36,822 nt of DNA from assembly GCA_042095375.1 (NCBI GenBank), contig JBELBJ010000003.1, positions 45,544 through 82,365 of the forward strand, written 5' to 3'. The notes under the pieces are model-generated. The model saw nothing but the letters and a program-made list of their open reading frames with translations, had not been told where the DNA came from and ran no database searches. This DNA is from Marinoscillum sp. (GTDB taxonomy: Bacteria; Bacteroidota; Bacteroidia; Cytophagales; MED-G16). Shown piece by piece: positions 1 to 7,877 of this stretch (position 1 is its first letter; each line of letters begins with the position of its first letter). Position numbers and translations under genes: made by a program.

Positions 1-81
1 CTTATCATCTTTATAAATATATAAACCTACATCTATAAATTCTTTTTCCAATTTCTTATTATTGACTTCAATTACTTTCAT
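1..81 (-). CDS. 5' fragment of a gene running off the window; probable YghO-like/GNAT-fold conserved Bacteroidota protein
   Basis: Not in the ORF track. ATG at 81-79 opens a frame with no stop to base 1: MKVIEVNNKKLEKEFIDVGLYIYKDDK. This resembles the N-terminus of YghO-like proteins as I recall it (IEV...EF....IYKDD.NW). Divergent from the oad operon. Confidence 0.6.
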   Translation of the reverse strand, partial: MKVIEVNNKKLEKEFIDVGLYIYKDDK

Positions 82-131
82 AAAAAATTATAAAGTTTTT
101 CAATATTAACCGCTTAAATAGTTTTCTTTTT

Positions 132-139
132 TAAATTTG
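132..139 (+). promoter_or_regulatory. Bacteroidota housekeeping-sigma -7 box (TAAATTTG) for the oad-thrBC operon
   Basis: Exact TAnnTTTG match 48 nt upstream of the ATG at 188; no clear -33 TTTG. Confidence 0.55.
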
Positions 140-187
140 TAAATCAAAAAACAACATTAATTAAATTCTACTCAAAATTAAAATTTT

Positions 188-400
188 ATGATTTATTCTA
201 TTTCTTTATCAGGATTATTTGTGGTATTTACAGTATTATTTTTTGTATTTTTTGTTGGAAAACAGCTCATTTTAATCACAAATAAATTTTCAGTCAATGT
301 AAAAAATGAAAAAAAAATTAATGAAATTATTGATTCAAAAATAAGTGATCTTTCAGAAGGTAAAGGAAAAATAATTAAAATAACTAAAATTGATTCTTAG
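188..400 (+). CDS. oadG: Na+-translocating decarboxylase gamma subunit (OadG-like)
   Basis: 70 aa with a single N-terminal hydrophobic helix and a C-terminal GKGKIIKITKI like Bacteroidales OadG; 2 nt before the alpha subunit. Confidence 0.75.
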   Translation: MIYSISLSGLFVVFTVLFFVFFVGKQLILITNKFSVNVKNEKKINEIIDSKISDLSEGKGKIIKITKIDS

Positions 401-402
401 CT

Positions 403-2229
403 ATGTCTAGAGAAATTAAGCTTTGTTTAGTTTATAGGGACATGTGGCAATCTTCAGGAAAGTTTATGCCTAATGGAAAACAGCTTGAAAAAATAGCTGA
501 ACCTATTATTAATATGGGTTGTTGGGATAGAATTGAAACTAATGGAGGTGGGTTTGAGCAAATTCAGTTACTAGCTGGTGAAAATCCCAATAAAGTACTA
601 AGAAAATGGACGAAATCTTTTAACGAAGCAAAAATAAAAACTCAAATGTTAGAAAGAGGACTAAACGCACTTAGCATGTCTCCTGTTTCTAAAGATATTA
701 GAAAGCTGATGTTTAATGTTAAAAAAAGTCAAGGAACAAATATTTCTAGGTCTTTTGATGGATTAAATGACATAAGAAATTTGAAATATTCAATTGAATA
801 TTCAATTGATGCAAATATGATATCTCAGTCTTGTTTATGTATAACTCATTCAAATATACACACAGTAGAATATTATATTAATTTGGCAAAGGAGTTAATA
901 AATATGGGGACAAATGAAATAGCCATTAAAGATATGGCTGGAATAGGAAGGCCAACTTCTTTGGGTAAAATAGTAAGGGGAATAAAGAATTTTAGTCCTA
1001 AAACTCTTGTACAATATCATGGACATTCAGGTCCCGGATTTTCTGTGGCATCATCCTTAGAGGTTGCTAGAGCTGGTGCAGATATCATTGATGTGGCAAT
1101 GGAACCATTATCATGGGGTACAACTCATGCTGATTTATTAACCATACATGAAGTTTTAAAGGACGATGGTTTTATTGTAAAAGATATAAACATGAATGGG
1201 TATAGAGATGTTAAAAACCTAACTCAAGAATTTATAGATGAAAAATTAGGATATTTTATTAACCCAAAAAACCGTTTCATGAATTCTTTGTTAATTGAAT
1301 CTGGTTTACCTGGTGGTATGATGGGTAGTTTAATGTCTGATTTAGAAAAATCGTTATCAAGTTTGAATACTTGGCTATGTAAAAAAAATAAAGAAACTTT
1401 AAATATTAATGTGTTATTTTCAATGTTATTGGATGAAGTTAAGACTATTTGGCCTATAATGGGTTATCCTCCTTTGGTTACTCCCTATAGTCAGTATGTT
1501 AAAAATGTTGCGTTGGGCAATGTTATATTTGGAATAAAGGGAAAAGAAAAATGGGGTCTGGTGGATGATAATACTTGGGATATGTTGTTAGGAAAGTCTG
1601 GCAAACTACCAGGTTCTCTTGGTGAAGAAATAAATAATCTAGCTTTAAAATCAAATAAAACCTTTTATAATGATGAACCTCAAAATTTATATCCAGATAA
1701 ACTTGATGGTTTAAAAAAAGAAATGAAAGAAAAGGGTTGGGCATTAGGAAAAGATAATGAAGAACTTTTAGAATTTGCTTTGCACAAAAATCAATACATA
1801 GATTACAAATCTGGAAAAGCAAAGGAAAGTTTTAATCAGATGATCGAGAAGAGCAAAAAAATATTAGTTAAAGATGATAATATTGATTCTAAAAATCAGA
1901 AAGTAAATTCTACCATAATAGAATTAGATGATTCTAAATATAAAGTAGATTATATTATTGAAGATAAAGAAAATAAATATAAAAAAGAGGCTCTCTCTGG
2001 AATAGAAGTTTTATCTCCGCTTGAAGGAAAGTTTTATTTAACTAAAAATTCAAATCAAAATCAAGTGAAAATTGGAGATCAAATAAAAAAAGGAGATACA
2101 ATTTGCTATATTGAGTCAATGAAAGTTATTAACGCAATTAAATCTGAACATTCTGGTAAAATTGTTCAAATTTGTTTTGAGAATGGTCAAGAGGTTCTTG
2201 ATGATGATGTTTTATTTATTTTAAATTAA
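403..2229 (+). CDS. oadA: Oxaloacetate decarboxylase alpha subunit (carboxyltransferase + biotin carrier domain)
   Basis: RDMWQS (RD.xQS motif), IKDMAG (carbamylated Lys), YHGHSG (metal HxH), PGGM, YPPLVTPYSQ, and C-terminal biotinyl domain IESMKVIN. Confidence 0.9.
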   Translation: MSREIKLCLVYRDMWQSSGKFMPNGKQLEKIAEPIINMGCWDRIETNGGGFEQIQLLAGENPNKVLRKWTKSFNEAKIKTQMLERGLNALSMSPVSKDIRKLMFNVKKSQGTNISRSFDGLNDIRNLKYSIEYSIDANMISQSCLCITHSNIHTVEYYINLAKELINMGTNEIAIKDMAGIGRPTSLGKIVRGIKNFSPKTLVQYHGHSGPGFSVASSLEVARAGADIIDVAMEPLSWGTTHADLLTIHEVLKDDGFIVKDINMNGYRDVKNLTQEFIDEKLGYFINPKNRFMNSLLIESGLPGGMMGSLMSDLEKSLSSLNTWLCKKNKETLNINVLFSMLLDEVKTIWPIMGYPPLVTPYSQYVKNVALGNVIFGIKGKEKWGLVDDNTWDMLLGKSGKLPGSLGEEINNLALKSNKTFYNDEPQNLYPDKLDGLKKEMKEKGWALGKDNEELLEFALHKNQYIDYKSGKAKESFNQMIEKSKKILVKDDNIDSKNQKVNSTIIELDDSKYKVDYIIEDKENKYKKEALSGIEVLSPLEGKFYLTKNSNQNQVKIGDQIKKGDTICYIESMKVINAIKSEHSGKIVQICFENGQEVLDDDVLFILN

Positions 2230-2231
2230 AA

Positions 2232-3422
2232 ATGAATTTTATAGAAAAGGTATATAATATGACGGGAATTGAAGAGTTGTTAGTCTCTCCATCTATAATT
2301 ATTATGCTAATGATTTCTCTATTTTTACTTTATTTGGGTATAAAAAAGAAATATGAACCTTTATTATTAGTGCCAATTGGTTTTGGTATGTTATTGGCAA
2401 ATTTGCCAGGAGCAAACCTAGGTATTTCTAATATGCTAGAGAATAAAAGCTTAATTGAAATAGCTCAAAATAATGGGATAATTAATTTTTTATATTATGC
2501 TTTGATTAAGTCTGGATTTTTGCCCCCAATAATTTTTATGGGCGTTGGCGCATTAACGGATTTTGGTCCTATGTTAAAAAATTTAAGATTGGTTTTTTTT
2601 GGTGCAGCAGCTCAAATTGGAATTTTTGTTGTTCTCATATCAGCTACTTTGTTCGGGTTACCAGCTAATGAAGCAGCCTCAATTGCTATAATTGGAGGAG
2701 CTGATGGACCAACAGCTATTTATACTTCTATTATTTTAGCTCCGGATTTACTTGGACCAATAGCAATTGCAGCTTATTCATATATGGCATTGGTGCCTGT
2801 TATTATTCCTTTTGTTGTTAAGTATACAGTTTCAAAAAATGAATTAAGAATAAATATGAAAAAACAAGATGAAAAATTTCCTTCTTCAACTGAAATTAAA
2901 AATATTGATACTTTAAAAATTATATTTCCAATTATCATAACGATATTAATTTCTATTATAGTACCTTCTGCTGCCCCTCTAATTGGATTATTAATGTTTG
3001 GAAACTTGATAAAAGAAATTGGATCATCAACAGCTAGATTATCAAAGGCAGCATCAGATACAATATTAAATTCTTCAACAATTTTTTTAGGTTTAACTAT
3101 TGGAGCCACCATGACACATGAAAGCTTTTTAAATTTTAAAACTTTATCGATTATAGTTGGAGGTTTAATTGCTTTTATTTTGTCTGTTTTGGGTGGTATT
3201 TTAGCTGTTAAAATTTTTAATCTATTTACTCAAAAAAAAATAAACCCATTAATTGGTGCAACTGGATTGAGTGCTGTTCCAATGGCATCAAGAGTATCTA
3301 ATGAAATTGCATTAAAACATGATTCATCAAATCATATAATGCATTATGCTATGGCAAGCAATATTTCTGGGGTAATTGGATCTGCAGTTGCAGCCGGAGT
3401 TTTAATTAGTTTTATTTCATAA
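2232..3422 (+). CDS. oadB: Na+-translocating decarboxylase beta subunit
   Basis: Polytopic membrane protein with YEPLLLVPIGFG, GALTDFGP, GAAAQIGIF, IIGGADGPTAI, SAVPMASRV and NISGVIGSAVAAG. Confidence 0.93.
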   Translation: MNFIEKVYNMTGIEELLVSPSIIIMLMISLFLLYLGIKKKYEPLLLVPIGFGMLLANLPGANLGISNMLENKSLIEIAQNNGIINFLYYALIKSGFLPPIIFMGVGALTDFGPMLKNLRLVFFGAAAQIGIFVVLISATLFGLPANEAASIAIIGGADGPTAIYTSIILAPDLLGPIAIAAYSYMALVPVIIPFVVKYTVSKNELRINMKKQDEKFPSSTEIKNIDTLKIIFPIIITILISIIVPSAAPLIGLLMFGNLIKEIGSSTARLSKAASDTILNSSTIFLGLTIGATMTHESFLNFKTLSIIVGGLIAFILSVLGGILAVKIFNLFTQKKINPLIGATGLSAVPMASRVSNEIALKHDSSNHIMHYAMASNISGVIGSAVAAGVLISFIS

Positions 3423-3426
3423 ATTG

Positions 3427-4371
3427 ATGCTAGATTTTGTTAAAATATTTGCTCCAGCTACAGTTGCAAATGTATCATGTGGGTTCGATTCAATAGGATT
3501 TGCTGTAGATACTATTGGTGATAAAATGACCTTTTCAAAAACCTCAAATAAAGGCGTTACTATTAAAAATATTACAGGAGCTGAAGGTCTAACTTTAGAC
3601 CCTACTAAAAATGCTGCTGGTGTAGTTGCCTTAGCTATGCTTAAAGAGTATCCAGTAGATTTTGGTATTGAAATAACTATGCATAAGGGATTTTCTCCCG
3701 GAAGTGGTTTAGGTAGTAGTGCTGCAAGTTCAGGTGGCGCTGCTTTTGGAGTGAATCAATTACTTAATAAACCTTTCAGTATTTTGGAGTTAACTAAATT
3801 TGCCATGCTTGGAGAAGAAATAGCTTGCGGAGCTCCGATTGCAGACAATGTTGCTGCAGTCATTTTTGGAGGTTTTATTCTTATCAGAAGTTATGAACCT
3901 TTAGATGTTATAGAACTTCCTGTTCCTAAAGATTTAAGGGTGGTTGCCATTTATCCTCAAATTGAAATTAAAACAAAAGATGCTAGAGAAGTTTTACCTA
4001 ATCAAATTCCTTTAAAGAAAGCGGTTAAACAATGGGGTAATGTTGGTGGTCTAATTAGCGGTTTATATACTGAAGATTATCGATTGATATCGAATTCCCT
4101 TATTGATGTAATAGTTGAACCAAAAAGAAAACATTTAATTCCTTACTTTGATCTTGTAAAAAAAGAAGCTATGAATGCTGGAGCTCTTGGAGCTGGTATT
4201 TCTGGGTCTGGTCCAACTATTTTTTCTCTTTGTGAAGGTGACTCTGTTGTTGAAAATGTTTATACAGCGATAAGAGATATTTATAAAAATAAAAATATAA
4301 ATTTTAAACTGTTTTCATCAAAAATAAATACAGAAGGTGTTAAAATAATGGAAACTAAAACTGCTTCTTAA
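3427..4371 (+). CDS. thrB: Homoserine kinase
   Basis: APATVANVSCGFD, GHMP motif PGSGLGSSAAS, ADNVA, GISGSGPT. Start is ATG 3427 (or TTG 3424). Confidence 0.95.
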   Translation: MLDFVKIFAPATVANVSCGFDSIGFAVDTIGDKMTFSKTSNKGVTIKNITGAEGLTLDPTKNAAGVVALAMLKEYPVDFGIEITMHKGFSPGSGLGSSAASSGGAAFGVNQLLNKPFSILELTKFAMLGEEIACGAPIADNVAAVIFGGFILIRSYEPLDVIELPVPKDLRVVAIYPQIEIKTKDAREVLPNQIPLKKAVKQWGNVGGLISGLYTEDYRLISNSLIDVIVEPKRKHLIPYFDLVKKEAMNAGALGAGISGSGPTIFSLCEGDSVVENVYTAIRDIYKNKNINFKLFSSKINTEGVKIMETKTAS

Positions 4372-4399
4372 ATAGAACTTAAAAATAAAATAGTTTAAA

Positions 4400-5698
4400 G
4401 TGAGATATTATAGTTTAAAAAGGAAATCTCCAGATGTTAGCTTTCAAGAGGCGGTTTTAAATGGTTTAGCTCCAGATAGAAGTTTATACTTCCCAGAAAG
4501 CATAAGTATTTTACCAAAAAAGTTTTTTGAAAATATTGATCAATATTCTAATGAAGAAATTGCTTATAAAGCTATTAAGCAATTTATAGGTGATGAAATT
4601 CCCAAAGAAGTCTTAAAATATATTATTAAAGATACTTTACACTTTGACTTTCCTATTATTCCTATTAATGATTCTATTGTTACTTTAGAATTGTTTCACG
4701 GTCCCACTATGTCTTTTAAAGATATTGGAGCCAGTTTTATGGCTAGATGCTTAGGCTATTTTAATAGAAAAAATAACAACAAACTTACAGTATTAGTTGC
4801 GACCTCTGGTGATACTGGAGGCGCTGTAGCACACGGATTTTTAGGAATAAAGGGAATAGAAGTTGTTATTGTTTACCCTACAGGAAAAGTTAGCGATATT
4901 CAGGAAAGACAATTAACAACTTTTGGCCAAAATATAACTGCTATTGAATTATATGGTTATTTTGATGATTGTCAGGAAATGGTTAAAAAGGCTTTTTTAG
5001 ATAATGAAATTAAAAGAAAACTCACCTCTGCTAACTCTATAAATATTGCACGTTGGCTTCCTCAAATGTTTTATTATTTTATTGCTTATAAAAAAGTATA
5101 CAAACAAAAAAAGGAAGTTATATTTTCGGTACCTAGCGGAAATTTTGGTAATATTTGTGCAGCTATTATGGCCAAAAGACTAGGCTTGCCAATTAAACAT
5201 TTTATAGCATCAACAAATATTAATGATACAGTACCTAATTACTTAGCTAACGGAGTTTACAATCCTAAACCTTCAAAAAATACTATTTCAAATGCAATGG
5301 ATGTTGGAAACCCAAGTAACTTTATACGTATTCAACAATTGTTTGATAATGATTTAAATCTTATGAAGAACTCATTTTCCGCTTATTCTTTTACAGATAA
5401 AGAAACAAAAAATGCTATGAAACAAATTTATAATAATAGTAAATATTTAGCAGATCCTCATGGGGCTGTAGGTTATTTGGGAGCTAAATTATTTCAAAAA
5501 AAACATTCAAAAAGTTTATGTATTTTTTTGGAAACAGCACATCCGGTAAAGTTTATGGATATCATAAAAGAAACGCTTTCAGTGAGAATAGCAATTCCTG
5601 AACAAATTAAATCTGTTTTAGAAAAAGAGAAAAAATCAATTAAAATAAAAACATACGAAGAATTAAAACGTTTTTTAAATTCTGAAAAGTTATTGTAA
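4400..5698 (+). CDS. thrC: Threonine synthase
   Basis: ELFHGPTMSFKD (PLP Lys), ATSGDTG, SANSINIAR, VPSGNFGN, ETAHPVKF; GTG start. Confidence 0.95.
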   Translation: MRYYSLKRKSPDVSFQEAVLNGLAPDRSLYFPESISILPKKFFENIDQYSNEEIAYKAIKQFIGDEIPKEVLKYIIKDTLHFDFPIIPINDSIVTLELFHGPTMSFKDIGASFMARCLGYFNRKNNNKLTVLVATSGDTGGAVAHGFLGIKGIEVVIVYPTGKVSDIQERQLTTFGQNITAIELYGYFDDCQEMVKKAFLDNEIKRKLTSANSINIARWLPQMFYYFIAYKKVYKQKKEVIFSVPSGNFGNICAAIMAKRLGLPIKHFIASTNINDTVPNYLANGVYNPKPSKNTISNAMDVGNPSNFIRIQQLFDNDLNLMKNSFSAYSFTDKETKNAMKQIYNNSKYLADPHGAVGYLGAKLFQKKHSKSLCIFLETAHPVKFMDIIKETLSVRIAIPEQIKSVLEKEKKSIKIKTYEELKRFLNSEKLL

Positions 5699-5720
5699 AA
5701 TAGGTTATTGAATAATAATT

Positions 5721-6272
5721 CTATTTATCAATCATTTGATTAATTAAATTTTTTGAAGAATTAGAAACTATTATTTCATCTATAAAATTTTTATCGACAA
5801 AATTATTTTTTTTCATTAAATGTATGTGCTCAATGATTTTTTCATAGTAATTTGAAAAATTTAAAATACCTATAGGTGCTTTTTTAAGTTTTAATTGTTT
5901 CCATGTAATTATTTCAAACAGTTCCTCAAGAGTTCCAATACCGCCAGGAAGAGCTACAAAAAAATCTGAAATATCATACATTTTTTGTTTTCTTTCATGC
6001 ATGGAATCTACCAAATGTAATTGAGGTAAATTCTTATTTATTATTTCTTTTTTATCTAAAAATTTTGGAATAATACCAATTACTTTTCCTCCTTGTTTTT
6101 GAACTTCTTTAGCCATTAATCCCATTAAACCAATTTTAGCACCTCCATATACAAGCTCTAGATCATTTTCTGATATTATTTTAGCTAATTTTATTACTTC
6201 TTTTTGAATTAACTTGTTATTTCCCAAACTAGAACCACAAAAAACACAAATTCTTTTTTTATCCTTTAACAT
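5721..6272 (-). CDS. LOG-family (TIGR00730-type) nucleotide phosphoribohydrolase
   Basis: ICVFCGSS, LVYGG..GLMG, MHERK and the PGGIGTLEE signature. Confidence 0.92.
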   Translation of the reverse strand: MLKDKKRICVFCGSSLGNNKLIQKEVIKLAKIISENDLELVYGGAKIGLMGLMAKEVQKQGGKVIGIIPKFLDKKEIINKNLPQLHLVDSMHERKQKMYDISDFFVALPGGIGTLEELFEIITWKQLKLKKAPIGILNFSNYYEKIIEHIHLMKKNNFVDKNFIDEIIVSNSSKNLINQMIDK

Positions 6273-6317
6273 ATGTATATAAACTAAGTTAAGCCTTTAT
6301 TTAATTAATCAATATTT

Positions 6318-6325
6318 TATATTTG
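6318..6325 (+). promoter_or_regulatory. -7 box (TATATTTG) for the glyQS operon
   Basis: Exact TAnnTTTG ending 4 nt before ATG 6330, in a 57-nt divergent intergenic gap. Confidence 0.6.
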
Positions 6326-6329
6326 CCTA

Positions 6330-7877
6330 ATGTTTGATACCCAAGATAATAATTTAAAAAAAATAATTTCTCACTCAAAAGAGTATGGTTTTGTATTTCC
6401 TTCTAGTGAAATTTATGATGGATTAAGTGCAATATATGATTATGGTCCATATGGTGTAGAATTAAAAAATAATTTGAAAGAATATTGGTGGAAATCTATG
6501 GTTCAATTGAATGATAATATATTAGGGATTGATTCGTCAATTTTTATGCATTCAAACACATGGAAAGCTTCAGGTCATGTTGATGCATTTAATGATCCAT
6601 TAATTGATAATAAGGATTCAAAAAAAAGATACAGGGCGGATGTATTAATTGAAGATCATATAGGAAGAATAAAAAAGAAAAAGGAAAAAGAAATATTAAA
6701 AGCAAAAAAAAGATTTAAACAGGCTTTTGATGAAAAAAAGTTTTGTACAACTTCCCCTAGAGTTTTAAAATATATTAACGAAATAGAAAAAATTACAATT
6801 AAACTAAATGATAATCTAAAATCAAATAATCTAAAAGGCTTAAAGGATTTAATTATTAGTTTGGGAATAAGTGATCCAATTTCTGGAACTAAAAATTGGA
6901 CGGATGTTCGCCAATTTAATTTGATGTTTTCTACAGATATGGGTTCTGTTGATTCTAATAAAAATTTAATTTATTTGAGGCCTGAAACTGCTCAAGGAAT
7001 TTTTCTTAATTTTTTAAATGTAATTAATTCCAGTAGAATGAGAATACCATTTGGAATTGCTCAAATAGGGAAAGCATTTAGAAATGAAATTATAGCTAGA
7101 CAATTTATATTTAGAATGAGAGAGTTTGAACAAATGGAAATGCAGTTTTTTGTTAGTCCAGGTTCTGAAATGGAGTGGTATAAAAAATGGAAAAATATAA
7201 GAATTAAATGGCATCATGTACTAAACTTAGGTAATGATAAATATAGATTTCATGATCATAAAAATTTAGCTCATTATGCAAATGCAGCGTGTGATATTGA
7301 GTTTAATTTCCCTATGGGATTTAAAGAATTAGAGGGAGTTCATTCCAGAACTGATTTTGACCTTAAAGCTCATCAAAAATTATCCGGTAAAAAACTTACC
7401 TATTTTGATCAAAAAGATAATAAGGCATTTTTACCATATGTAATAGAAACTTCAATCGGTCTTGATAGGCTATTTTTAGCAATCCTTTCTGGTTCATATA
7501 TTGAGGAGTCATTAGATGATGGATCAAATAGAGTTTACCTTAAAATACCTTTTCCATTGGCACCTATTAAAGTTGCTGTTTTACCTCTTAATGCTAAAGA
7601 TAACTTGCCTGATAAGGCTAAAGAAATATATAATCAATTAAAGATTCAGTTTTCAAGTCAATATGACGAAAAAGATTCAATAGGAAAAAGATATAGAAGA
7701 CAAGATGCAATTGGAACACCATTTTGTATAACAGTTGATTACGAATCTTTAGAAACTAATAAAGTAACGATTAGAAATAGAGATTCAATGAAGCAAGAAA
7801 GAGTCTCAGTAGATAAAATAAATAAATACTTAGAAGACAATACTTCCCTTAATATTTTATTAAATCAGTTAGATTAA
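6330..7877 (+). CDS. glyQS: Glycine--tRNA ligase (homodimeric alpha2 type)
   Basis: SEIYDG, ASGHVDAF, YLRPETAQGIF, GKAFRNEI, FRMREFEQME, anticodon-binding domain GKRYRRQDAIGTP. Confidence 0.96.
   Translation: MFDTQDNNLKKIISHSKEYGFVFPSSEIYDGLSAIYDYGPYGVELKNNLKEYWWKSMVQLNDNILGIDSSIFMHSNTWKASGHVDAFNDPLIDNKDSKKRYRADVLIEDHIGRIKKKKEKEILKAKKRFKQAFDEKKFCTTSPRVLKYINEIEKITIKLNDNLKSNNLKGLKDLIISLGISDPISGTKNWTDVRQFNLMFSTDMGSVDSNKNLIYLRPETAQGIFLNFLNVINSSRMRIPFGIAQIGKAFRNEIIARQFIFRMREFEQMEMQFFVSPGSEMEWYKKWKNIRIKWHHVLNLGNDKYRFHDHKNLAHYANAACDIEFNFPMGFKELEGVHSRTDFDLKAHQKLSGKKLTYFDQKDNKAFLPYVIETSIGLDRLFLAILSGSYIEESLDDGSNRVYLKIPFPLAPIKVAVLPLNAKDNLPDKAKEIYNQLKIQFSSQYDEKDSIGKRYRRQDAIGTPFCITVDYESLETNKVTIRNRDSMKQERVSVDKINKYLEDNTSLNILLNQLD

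Noticed and set aside
1523-3112. Antisense ORFs 1523-1822 and 2774-3112
   Set aside because: Shadows of oadA and oadB with no recognisable motifs.
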